Positions 1 through 8,361 of a stretch of DNA of 64,000 nt are shown one piece after another. The stretch is from positions 3,360,001 through 3,424,000 of the forward strand of contig CM000152.2 in NCBI GenBank assembly GCA_000004695.1, written 5' to 3'. Within the stretch, counting starts at the first letter, position 1, and the number at the start of each line of letters is the position of its first letter. The notes under the pieces were generated by a model. It searched no databases. It saw nothing but the letters and a program-made list of their open reading frames with translations, and had not been told where the DNA came from. Both the position numbers and the translations under genes were made by a program. The stretch is from Dictyostelium discoideum. Lineage: Eukaryota.

Positions 1-1
1 T

Positions 2-3000
2 TATAAAGCACCACAAAATCAAGTAAATTCAATCACAAAATTTTGTAAATATTGCAAAAAGAAAGGTCATGTAATTCAAGAGTGTTGGTCTAAAGATAAA
101 AAGAATAATTATAATGAGAATAAACAATCATATAATAATCATAGCACTAATGCAATTACAATGGTTAATGATAAAACGATTAATTCTATTGGAACTGATA
201 GTATGAATGCAGCATTATTAATAAATGATAAGAATGTTAGAAGGTTAGTTGATACTGGTTCTTCTCTTACCATCATTTGGGAAAGTATTGCTAAAAAATT
301 AAATTTAAAAGTTGAAGGTAAATCATTTTCAGTTAATTCAGCATCAAATAATGAAATTAAGATAGTTGGTAGTTGTGATACCATAATTAAATTAGGTAAA
401 GCATCCGCAAAAGGTAATGTTAATATTGTTAAAGATAATGATACTTCAATCGATTGCATTTTTGGTGTAGATACACTTATTGGATTGAAATTAATAATTG
501 ATTGCAAGGAAATGATCATTAAGAATCTTGAATTTAATGTTGGTACAAGATTAATCACCAGAGAAACCAAACCAATTGTTTGCAAAATTGATCTAAATAT
601 ATTAGAAAAAGTATCAAAACCAATGGCTGAGTTATTAATCAAAAATGAAGAGATTTTTGAAACCAAATTGTCAAAACCAGGATCATTAATAGATGTTGAA
701 CATTCAATTAAATTAACTGATGAAAATGTTTCTGTTTATACTCCACCATACAAAACTAGTCCAGCTGATAAAGAATTCATTGAAGAATACATTAAAGATG
801 CATTAGATAAAGGTATAATCGAGAAATCAGATTCATCACAATACGGTTCTCCAATAGTCTTATCCAGAAAGAATGATAAAATTAGATTTTGTGTTAATTA
901 TAAAAAACTAAATGACCTCACAATTAAAGATAGATATCCACTTCCATTAATTTCTGATTGTTGGTATTATCTCAAAGATGCAAAAGTTTTCTCAAAAATT
1001 GATCTTACTTCTGGTTATTATCAAATCAAAATGAAAGAAGAGGACAAGGATAAAACAACCTTTGTCTCTCATATGGGTCAATTTAGATATGTTGTAATGC
1101 CATTTGGATTATGTAATGCACCAGCAACTTTTCAAAGATACATGAATGAATTATTAAAAGATGAATTAAGAAAAAGTAATATTGGGTTTATTGACGATTG
1201 TATAATTTATAGCAAGAATAATGAATATCATATTGAACATGTCAAACTATTATTCGAAAAATTCAAAGAAAAAGGTGCAAAGTTACAAATAACTAAATGT
1301 GAGTTTGAAAAAGAAGAGATCAAGTTTTTGGGATATATCGTTTCAAAGAATGGTATTACTTATGATAGTTCAAAGTTTAATGAATTATTAAAAACACCAC
1401 CTCCATCAAATCAAAAAGAATTAATGAAATTACTCGGTACTGTCAATTACTTTAGAACATTCATTAAAAATTTCACTCATTTAACTTCATCATTTTATCC
1501 ACTATTAAAGAAGGGTGTTAATTTCAAATGGACTGATGAATTGGAAAATGATCGTGTAAAATTATTTACTACATTAGCACAAACTAATCTTTTAAGTTTT
1601 CCACAAGATACAGATGATAATGTTATTGAAACTGATGCTTCAATTATTGGTATTGGTGGTGTAATGATTCAAAATGGTAAACCAGTTTCTTATTATTCAA
1701 GAACATTAAACAACGCTGAAAAGAATTATTCTGTTACTGAAAGAGAATGTTTGGCAATCATTGAATCAATTAAATATTTTAAATCCTATATCAATGGTAG
1801 AAAAGTAAAAATCATCACTGATCATCAACCTTTGAAATATCTCTTAACTGGTAAATTTACTGATCGTATTACAAGATGGACTGTATTACTTCAAGAGTAT
1901 AATTACGAAATTATATATAGACCTGGTAAAGAAAACTTTTTAGCTGATGCATTATCAAGATGTCCAGATAGAGATCAACAGCCAATTGATTGTGATATTC
2001 CAGAAAAGATATTTACAATTACTCACTATCCAGTAGCTTCACCATCAACTACAATTTTACCAAGAGTCTTACCATCAAGATCAAATCAAACATCTAATGT
2101 TTCACCAGCTACAACAATTCAACCACCAAATTCATCAAGTTCAAATCAATCATCAAATATCCCACCAACAACAAACCAATCATCAAATATTACAAATCAA
2201 CCAATAAATACTTCATCAATGAATTTAAATCAATCATTATCAAATCCACCATCTCTTATTACAAATCAAGCAACAACCGCTAGATTATTGAATAGTGTAC
2301 CTATCTCAATCAACAATGATAATATTAATACAACAATTCCACAATTTACACAAGAGTCAATAAGAAAAGAGTTGGAAAAAGAAAATTATTATAGAGCAAT
2401 GTATAAATATCTTGAAGAAACAAGACTTCCAGACAATGCACAAGCAGCAAGAAGAATTTTGTTGGAGTCTGAATTTTATTCAATGATTAATGGATTTCTT
2501 TGTCACGGTTTAAAACATACTTTATCAAGTAAGAAATCTCATTTTAAACATCTTCAAATTGTAGTTCCAAAAACTATGACTAAATGGATAATGGAAATAT
2601 TTCATGATTCGCCACTTACTGGAGGACATTTTGGATTATTAAAAACTGTTGCAAAAATCAAAGAAAGATTCTATTGGATTGGTATGATTAAGGATATAAA
2701 AGAATTTATCGATAAATGTACAACTTGTTTACAAATTAAAAGAAAGTATGGTCCAAAAGAAGGTTTACTCATTCCAATTGAGATTGAACCTGAACCATTT
2801 AATACAATTGGTATTGATTTTATTGGTCCAATTACAAAAGATAATGCTCAAGTTTATTTGTTGGTTGTTATGGATTATTTTACTAAATGGCCAGAAGTTT
2901 TCTTTACCCTTGATATGGAAGGGGAGACTGTAGCTCAATTATTGTTGTATGAAATCTATACTAGATATGGGGTTCCAAAGAAGTTGGTTTCTGATCGTGG

Positions 3001-3610
3001 TAAGAATTTTTTAAGTAATGTAGTCTCTGGTGTTAATAAATTATTCGGTGTTCACAAATTAACAACTACTGCTTATCACCCACAATGTGATGGTCAAACT
3101 GAAAATTTCAATAATACATTAATTAAGATGCTCAAAGCTTTTATTGGTAATGAATTGTATGGCAATTGGGGTGAATTATTAAGATGTGTTTTATACTCAT
3201 ACAGAATTACACCACATGTTTCAACTGGTTTTTCACCCTTTTTCTTAATTTTTAATCGTCAACCAACTTTACCATTAGATACAACTTTAAATGTAAATTT
3301 TTATTCAAATTCACTAAGATTAGATTTCGCTGATAATTATGCACAATCCGTAAATAATAATCTTAAACGTGCCTTTTGGTTTACAAAGAATAATCATAAT
3401 CGTCCAACAAATATTCAAACAGGTGATTTTGTTTATTTACATACACCATATTCACAAACTTCTATTGGTCCAAAGAAATTCTATAAACCTTGGAGAGGTC
3501 CTTTTAAAATTCAAGAAAAAGTTAGCGATGTTACATTCAAATTAGATATGGGTAATCTTAGAGATCATAAAGTAGTCAATATTGAAAGATTGAAAAAAAT
3601 TTTCAACTAA
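2..3610 (+). CDS. gag-pol polyprotein, 5'-partial and open to the window edge. It holds the gag zinc knuckle, aspartic protease, reverse transcriptase, RNase H and integrase.
   Basis: Frame 2 is open from nt 2 to the TAA at 3608-3610; the ORF track's 1149 aa run 161..3610. The D(T/S)G protease motif is near nt 251. RT motifs read YVVMPFGLCNAPATFQ and FIDDCIIYS. RNase H reads IETDAS...TDHQPL. The integrase shows H..H...C..C, then D (IGIDFIGP), D (VSDRGKNF) and E (TENFNNT). A 110-aa S/T/N/P/Q-rich low-complexity linker separates RNase H from integrase. Confidence 0.85.
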   Translation, partial: YKAPQNQVNSITKFCKYCKKKGHVIQECWSKDKKNNYNENKQSYNNHSTNAITMVNDKTINSIGTDSMNAALLINDKNVRRLVDTGSSLTIIWESIAKKLNLKVEGKSFSVNSASNNEIKIVGSCDTIIKLGKASAKGNVNIVKDNDTSIDCIFGVDTLIGLKLIIDCKEMIIKNLEFNVGTRLITRETKPIVCKIDLNILEKVSKPMAELLIKNEEIFETKLSKPGSLIDVEHSIKLTDENVSVYTPPYKTSPADKEFIEEYIKDALDKGIIEKSDSSQYGSPIVLSRKNDKIRFCVNYKKLNDLTIKDRYPLPLISDCWYYLKDAKVFSKIDLTSGYYQIKMKEEDKDKTTFVSHMGQFRYVVMPFGLCNAPATFQRYMNELLKDELRKSNIGFIDDCIIYSKNNEYHIEHVKLLFEKFKEKGAKLQITKCEFEKEEIKFLGYIVSKNGITYDSSKFNELLKTPPPSNQKELMKLLGTVNYFRTFIKNFTHLTSSFYPLLKKGVNFKWTDELENDRVKLFTTLAQTNLLSFPQDTDDNVIETDASIIGIGGVMIQNGKPVSYYSRTLNNAEKNYSVTERECLAIIESIKYFKSYINGRKVKIITDHQPLKYLLTGKFTDRITRWTVLLQEYNYEIIYRPGKENFLADALSRCPDRDQQPIDCDIPEKIFTITHYPVASPSTTILPRVLPSRSNQTSNVSPATTIQPPNSSSSNQSSNIPPTTNQSSNITNQPINTSSMNLNQSLSNPPSLITNQATTARLLNSVPISINNDNINTTIPQFTQESIRKELEKENYYRAMYKYLEETRLPDNAQAARRILLESEFYSMINGFLCHGLKHTLSSKKSHFKHLQIVVPKTMTKWIMEIFHDSPLTGGHFGLLKTVAKIKERFYWIGMIKDIKEFIDKCTTCLQIKRKYGPKEGLLIPIEIEPEPFNTIGIDFIGPITKDNAQVYLLVVMDYFTKWPEVFFTLDMEGETVAQLLLYEIYTRYGVPKKLVSDRGKNFLSNVVSGVNKLFGVHKLTTTAYHPQCDGQTENFNNTLIKMLKAFIGNELYGNWGELLRCVLYSYRITPHVSTGFSPFFLIFNRQPTLPLDTTLNVNFYSNSLRLDFADNYAQSVNNNLKRAFWFTKNNHNRPTNIQTGDFVYLHTPYSQTSIGPKKFYKPWRGPFKIQEKVSDVTFKLDMGNLRDHKVVNIERLKKIFN

Positions 3611-3620
3611 AAGGGGGGGA
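3609..3620 (+). other. Polypurine tract (plus-strand primer site) of the LTR retrotransposon.
   Basis: aaaaggggggga lies immediately after the pol stop codon and immediately before the putative LTR start (TG at 3623). Confidence 0.7.
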
Positions 3621-3959
3621 TATGTAATAAAGTTACTCTATAAAATTAATAGATATTAAATATGCATATTACATTACTAATTATAGTTGACACACATTTA
3701 AATAATATAATAATAATAATAATAATAATACTGTCAACTCATTATGAATAATATAAATACTAAAGAATAATTGTATAAACAATATTGAATATTATAAATA
3801 TAAACTAATATTAAATAAAGATAACAAAGTATTATTCAATTATATAATTATTAATTATATATATTTATAAATTTTTTTTTTTTGAATTGGATAACGCAAT
3901 TATTATTTGCTTCTCCTTGAGATGCTAGATCTCATTTTATTTTTTTTTTTTTTTTTACA
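3621..3959 (+). repeat. Putative 3' LTR of the Ty3/gypsy element. The 3' boundary is uncertain (anywhere from 3890 to 3959) because it abuts the 3' end of the neighbouring TRE5-like element.
   Basis: The segment begins TG just after the PPT and is non-coding. A possible terminal CA sits at 3958-3959 just before the B-module-like repeat starts. The 5' LTR is not in the window, so no direct comparison is possible. Confidence 0.45.
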
Positions 3960-4155
3960 GGGTCTTTTTGATTAAAACATCTTTTTTGTCCAAACTTTTT
4001 TCTAAATCTTTTTTTATTTTATCGTCTGGTTCGTGATTGATGTTTATGACGTATTTGAATTGTTTTTTTTTTAATTGAGTTTTATCCACAATTTCGCTTA
4101 TTTTTTGTAGGCATTTGTGTTGCTTAATATTTGTGGTGTTGTTTGTGATTTTCAT
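3955..4155 (-). pseudogene. Truncated duplicate of the ORF1 start (66 aa), lying inside the second copy of the B-module-like repeat.
   Basis: Its protein is identical to the first 63 aa of the 442-aa ORF, and it sits within the 3968-4200 repeat copy. Confidence 0.7.
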
Positions 4156-4196
4156 TTTATTTTCTTTCTATCTTTTTTATTTTTCTGATTAACTTG

Positions 4197-4256
<60 letters not shown>
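3968..4256. repeat. Direct repeat copy 1 (B-module-like), ending in T55 on the + strand.
   Basis: It is near-identical to 5696-5965, with the shared string ttttgattaaaacatcttttttgtccaaac...gattttcattttattttctttctatcttttttatttttct. A 55-nt T run follows at 4201-4256. Confidence 0.8.
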
Positions 4257-4257
<1 letters not shown>

Positions 4258-4553
4258 TTATAGAAAGTACTGAGTGAATTATTGTATTTTTTGAGATGTT
4301 TAGGAAGTTCTATTGCGGGTGTTGATGATGATTTGTGACACCCCTTGTCCTGTTTTATCAATTGGTGCGTGGTGTGTTATTTTGTTTTTATATTGTTGAT
4401 TTATTGAGTAAATTTTATTTGTTTTTATATTTGTTTCAGTTAGAAGTGCTGCGTCCAGCTTGTTGTTGTCTAAAACGGTGTTTATTATGCTGGCAGATTG
4501 GATGGTGTTGGATCCTTGGACGTTCCAAACACCTATTCTTATTGTGTTTTTCT

Positions 4554-5882
4554 TTATAGTTTTATTTGGGGTAGATTTTTATCTACCTTTTGAAGTTTCT
4601 GGTTTATTTTGTCTTCTAACTGATCTTTACTTTGTTCGTTGTGTTGTTGGTCTTGTGTGTTTGTGGGGTTTTTTGATTTATTGATTTGTTTTAGAATTTC
4701 CTTGTTGAAGTTGTCTATATCTTCATCCATTTTTGTTTTTATGCTTTTTTGTCCATATTCACCCAATTTTGGTTTGACTGGTGTTTTGTTGTTTGTTTTG
4801 TCTTGTTGTTTCTTTTTTGGTGTGTTTAACAATTTACTTGGTGAATCGATAATTTTCGATGGTGTACCATAGGTTGGGCTGAAACTCATGATATGTTTTA
4901 TTGGAGAGGAGAAGAACCATTGATTTGAAGGGATTGAAAGTGGGAATTCTATTTTTCTTATTGCATCAGTGTTTGGGCTGGTGAAGTCGAAGATATCATT
5001 TGCCTCTCTAAGTTTTTCTTCCGTTGTTAGTCCCTTTGTTTCGCCGTGTTGTTTTATTGGTGTATTGTATGGAGATGGTGGTTCGATAGGTTTTTCTGAT
5101 TTTGTTTTAATTTCTTGATTGTTTATCGATTGTGTATTGATCTCATTCTCTATTCTTGTTAGTTCATCTACGTTTTCTAGTGATGCTTCTATTACCTTTT
5201 GAGCTGTATCATCTAGGGCCATAAATGTTTTATCATTAGATGAGGATGTGATTGGTGGGATAATGATTGTTCTTTTTCCTTGTTTTGGTATTTGTTCTGA
5301 TGTAGATTGTGGTTGTTGTTCATCTGATTGTTTTTTATTTTTGTTTTCTTCTTGATTTTCTGGTAATGAGGTTTGCTCTCTCCCTCCTTTGTTGGAGTCT
5401 CCAATTAATGTTAGATTGTCTAGTTCAATGATAGTGTCAAATTCTTCTACGACTCTTTTCACTGTTTTGATAATTAGAGTTTCGCCTTTAATTTCTAATT
5501 TAATTAGTTTACATCCTTCATTTTCTATTACCCATTCTATTTCTGTGAGTGATTTATACCAATCAAAATCTGTATACATATTTTTTGGTCTTATAGTGGT
5601 TATAAATTGTCCTTTTAATTCTGCATCAAACATATTTACAAAATAGATTACTGTACTAATACTGTCTGTGAGAATTTTGAATGTATTATTACTTTTGATT
5701 AAAACATCTTTTTTGTCCAAACTTTTTTCTAAATCTTTTTTTATTTTATCGTCTGGTTCGTGATTGATGTTTATGACGTATTTGAATTGTTTTTTTTTTA
5801 ATTGAGTTTTATCCACAATTTCGCTTATTTTTTGTAGGCATTTGTGTTGCTTAATATTTGTGGTGTTGTTTGTGATTTTCAT
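4554..5882 (-). CDS. Retroelement ORF1 protein (442 aa), lysine/acidic-rich with no recognisable enzymatic motifs.
   Basis: It is an intact ORF from the supplied track, with composition far less N/Q-rich than the host genes. Its first 63 codons are duplicated verbatim at 3955-4155. Confidence 0.6.
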   Translation of the reverse strand: MKITNNTTNIKQHKCLQKISEIVDKTQLKKKQFKYVININHEPDDKIKKDLEKSLDKKDVLIKSNNTFKILTDSISTVIYFVNMFDAELKGQFITTIRPKNMYTDFDWYKSLTEIEWVIENEGCKLIKLEIKGETLIIKTVKRVVEEFDTIIELDNLTLIGDSNKGGREQTSLPENQEENKNKKQSDEQQPQSTSEQIPKQGKRTIIIPPITSSSNDKTFMALDDTAQKVIEASLENVDELTRIENEINTQSINNQEIKTKSEKPIEPPSPYNTPIKQHGETKGLTTEEKLREANDIFDFTSPNTDAIRKIEFPLSIPSNQWFFSSPIKHIMSFSPTYGTPSKIIDSPSKLLNTPKKKQQDKTNNKTPVKPKLGEYGQKSIKTKMDEDIDNFNKEILKQINKSKNPTNTQDQQHNEQSKDQLEDKINQKLQKVDKNLPQIKL

Positions 5883-5957
5883 TTTATTTTCTTTCTATCT
5901 TTTTTATTTTTCTTTAAAAAGTTAAAAATCTGGAAATTTTCTAATTAACTTGGTTCC

Positions 5958-6026
<69 letters not shown>
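5696..6026. repeat. Direct repeat copy 2 (B-module-like) with a 27-bp insertion, ending in T61 on the + strand.
   Basis: Same sequence as copy 1 plus ttaaaaagttaaaaatctggaaattttc inserted before the terminal taattaacttgg. A 61-nt T run lies at 5966-6026. Confidence 0.8.
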
Positions 6027-6029
<3 letters not shown>

Positions 6030-6145
6030 TCTTTTTTATATGAAAAATGAAATAATCAAAAAAAGAGATTGTTGTTGTTGTTTGTTTTTTTCGATCTCAT
6101 ATATATTTATAAAGCTAACAAGCTTTATTACATGAAAAACATCAA

Positions 6146-6218
6146 GGTTTTATAGTGTAATTGGTTAGCACCCAGGACTTTGAATCCTGTAATCTGAGTT
6201 CGAGTCTCAGTAGAACCA
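6146..6218 (+). tRNA. tRNA-Gln (anticodon UUG).
   Basis: It folds by hand into a cloverleaf. The acceptor stem is ggtttta/tagaacc (one G-U pair) and the D stem is gtgt/gcac. The anticodon stem cagga/tcctg carries loop cTTTGaa (U33, anticodon TTG, A37). The T stem ctgag/ctcag carries loop ttcgagt, the variable loop is 4 nt, and the discriminator is A. The A and B boxes are internal. A T5 run follows immediately. Confidence 0.85.
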
Positions 6219-6226
6219 CTTTTTAT
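6219..6226 (+). terminator. Pol III terminator T-run after tRNA-Gln.
   Basis: cttttta lies directly 3' of the discriminator base. Confidence 0.6.
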
Positions 6227-6254
6227 TATTTCAAATTTCAAATTTCAAATCGCT

Positions 6255-6265
6255 GGTTCGATTCC
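6255..6265 (+). promoter_or_regulatory. External B box (exB) downstream of the tRNA gene.
   Basis: ggttcgattcc is a perfect B-box consensus 37 bp after the tRNA 3' end. Extra downstream B boxes are a known feature of many Dictyostelium tRNA genes and are bound by TFIIIC. A (TTCAAAT)3 repeat precedes it at 6229-6249. Confidence 0.6.
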
Positions 6266-7338
6266 ATATGGTGGAGAAATAAGCAATTAATGACTTGTGG
6301 TTCATGAACAAAAAAGTGGAAACTCAGATCAAAATTATAAAAATCCATTATAAATCTTCCTGGTACTAATCCTTTATTATTGAAAGATTATGCTAGAATT
6401 GGTTCTAACTTCAAATATAAGAGGTCTTGTCCAAAAAACAAAGAAATCCACAAAATTACACCTATAAATACACTAAGTATGCAGATGGATCATGAGGTAA
6501 AATAGACAACCCAAATCTTAGATTCTACAAAGAATACTTTAAATGGGGATATAAATGTGTAAATTGTGACCTATCCCTCATATAGAAACATAATTGCATT
6601 AATAATTCATAACATCTGTGTGGGATGTGCACTCAATTTTATAGTAATGAAAAGCTATCATACTAGATTCTATTTAATGTTACAAACCAGTAACTATAGA
6701 ATATAAAAGAAAAAAAATTGAAATTAACTCTTCCAAAGGATCTTATCAATTTTAAAGTCTCAAACAATTTCTTAAAAATGAATTATTAAATTAAGAAAAT
6801 TAACTTGCAAAGTATATTCCCTAATCAGTGCTTCCAACTAGGTTGGAACAAAAAATAATAAAATGGGTCAGTAGAAATGGATTAATCTCCTTTGACCAAA
6901 TCATTATTTGATAAAAAAAATATTTTAATTTTAATAATAACTAATCATGCTCGAAATGTACCATTGAAAATAGCTAGCTCACTATCTTGTTTGAAAATCA
7001 TGAAACTGCTGGTTTAATTGGTATGGAATGTTGCTCAACTATCTACAATGAATCAGAATGCCTGCAAAGACATCAGTATTGATCGATTTCAAGATTTATA
7101 TTAACTTTCATAATTTCAAAATAAATTGGGGACTCAAACACCACATCCGCCCAATTCATTGGTTTATGCGGTTCCAAACACTACACATCCAATAATATTT
7201 AAATGAAAAAAAAAATCTTAATTAAAGGTTTATAATTGAATCAAAAATTATTTAAAACAACTATTTTATATTTTTATTAATTTTTAAATTCTAATTTAAA
7301 AAAAAAAAAAGACACAAATTTAGGTAACCATCAATATT

Positions 7339-7898
7339 TTAAATATGATTATGATATATTGGTTCATTTTGCCAATTATCAGTTGCACCATCTAAAAATG
7401 TAACCTTTAATTTTGAAAGTTGTTCATGAGTAATGCCTTCGATTGTATTAACGTTAACAGCATAAAATGGAGCATTTGGAACACCTTCCATTTTGACAAG
7501 AGTATATGTATTAACACCACAGGCTTTGCAAAAATAGTTATCATTTATCTTTGAACCATATAGGTAATTTTCTTGATCATTTTCACCTTTTAATACTTTG
7601 AAATCTTTAGGGCAAACAATAATTTCCCAAAATCTAGTTTTTAAACAATATGCTTTTTTTTTTTTTTTTTTAAAAAAATTTATTTTATGTTTTATTAATA
7701 TTTAATTTTGTTTTATTTGATTTCTTTTATTTTTTTTTTTTTTTTTTATTTAATTTTAAAATAAAAATTGGTATACTTACAACAATTACATCTTAAAGTT
7801 TCTGATTTTAATAATTCAGTTTCAAGTTTACATTGAAATCTAACATTACCACAATGGCATGATCCAAAAAATTCTTTACTATTTTCATTAATATCCAT
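7339..7898 (-). CDS. GFA / CENP-V family (Mss4-like zinc-binding) protein, 143 aa, two exons. It is absent from the ORF track because of the intron.
   Basis: Exon 1 is 7898-7781 and reads MDINENSKEFFGSCHCGNVRFQCKLETELLKSETLRCNC. The donor is GTAAGT and the intron spans 7780-7653. Exon 2 is 7652-7339 and reads SYCLKTRFWEIIVCPKDF...FCKACGVNTYT...stop. The CxCG and CxCSxC cysteine signatures match the glutathione-dependent formaldehyde-activating (GFA) / CENP-V family. Confidence 0.65.
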
Positions 7899-8288
7899 TT
7901 TTATGTATTTTTTTTTATTTTTGTGAGAGTGAATAATAAGATGAAATTATTGACGTGTGGTGAAATGGTGAAATGAAAATCTTTTGAACAAAAAAATAAA
8001 AAAAAAAATTTTTTTTGTTGTTTTTATACCTTTCACAACCTTCAGTTTGAAATATCTTTTTTTTTTTTTTAATTTTTTTTTTATTATTTTTAAATAATGA
8101 AAGGTCACTATTTAATTACAAGAAAATCAATTTTTATTCGAAATTTAATTAATTTTTGCAGGCCAGTCCCAATCTGATGGTGCTATTTCAAAAATATCTC
8201 AAATCAAATTATTTTAATTTTATTTTTAGTTCAAATAATTAACCTAAACTTTTTTTTTTTTTTTTGATTGGAAATAATGATTTGAATA

Positions 8289-8324
<36 letters not shown>

Positions 8325-8361
8325 TTGTTATTCTATTACAAATTTTAATTTATTTATTTAT

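Larger units (their letters stand above)
1..3959 (+). mobile_element. 3' portion of a Ty3/gypsy-type LTR retrotransposon (DGLT-A/Skipper-like; 5' part lies left of the window). It contains gag C-terminus, PR-RT-RH-IN, PPT and the 3' LTR.
   Basis: One continuous frame from nt 2 encodes a CCHC zinc knuckle (CKYCKKKGHVIQECW), then protease (LVDTGSS), RT (FIDD box), RNase H, an HHCC+DDE integrase and a GPF/Y-type C-terminus. A polypurine tract sits just 3' of the stop, followed by about 330 bp of non-coding AT-rich sequence. There is no chromodomain after the integrase, and gag-pro-pol lie in a single frame. Both points argue for the tRNA-targeted DGLT-A type rather than Skipper; that is inference. 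Confidence 0.8.
3960..6098 (-). mobile_element. TRE5-A-like tRNA-gene-targeted non-LTR retrotransposon. It is a short variant: module repeat, ORF1, deleted ORF2, module repeat, inserted upstream of tRNA-Gln.
   Basis: A 442-aa ORF on the minus strand matches the size of TRE5-A ORF1p (about 51 kDa). It is flanked by two direct copies of a ~230-290 bp module (3968-4256 and 5696-6026). Each copy contains the ORF start and is followed by a 55-61 nt homopolymer. The element ends about 48 bp upstream of a tRNA gene, the canonical TRE5 target distance, and the region between the ORF stop and the first module has no long ORF. The identification as TRE5-A rests on recalled element architecture, not sequence comparison. 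Confidence 0.6.

Noticed and set aside
139-666. 175-aa minus-strand ORF overlapping the protease region of pol.
   Set aside because: It is antisense to a well-supported pol reading frame, hydrophobic and low-complexity with no motifs. It is a chance ORF in AT-rich coding DNA.
4335-5646. Several 60-85 aa + strand ORFs (4335-4559, 4460-4684, 4639-4872, 5389-5646).
   Set aside because: They are antisense to the retroelement ORF1 and made of Cys/Leu/Phe-rich nonsense. They are artefacts.
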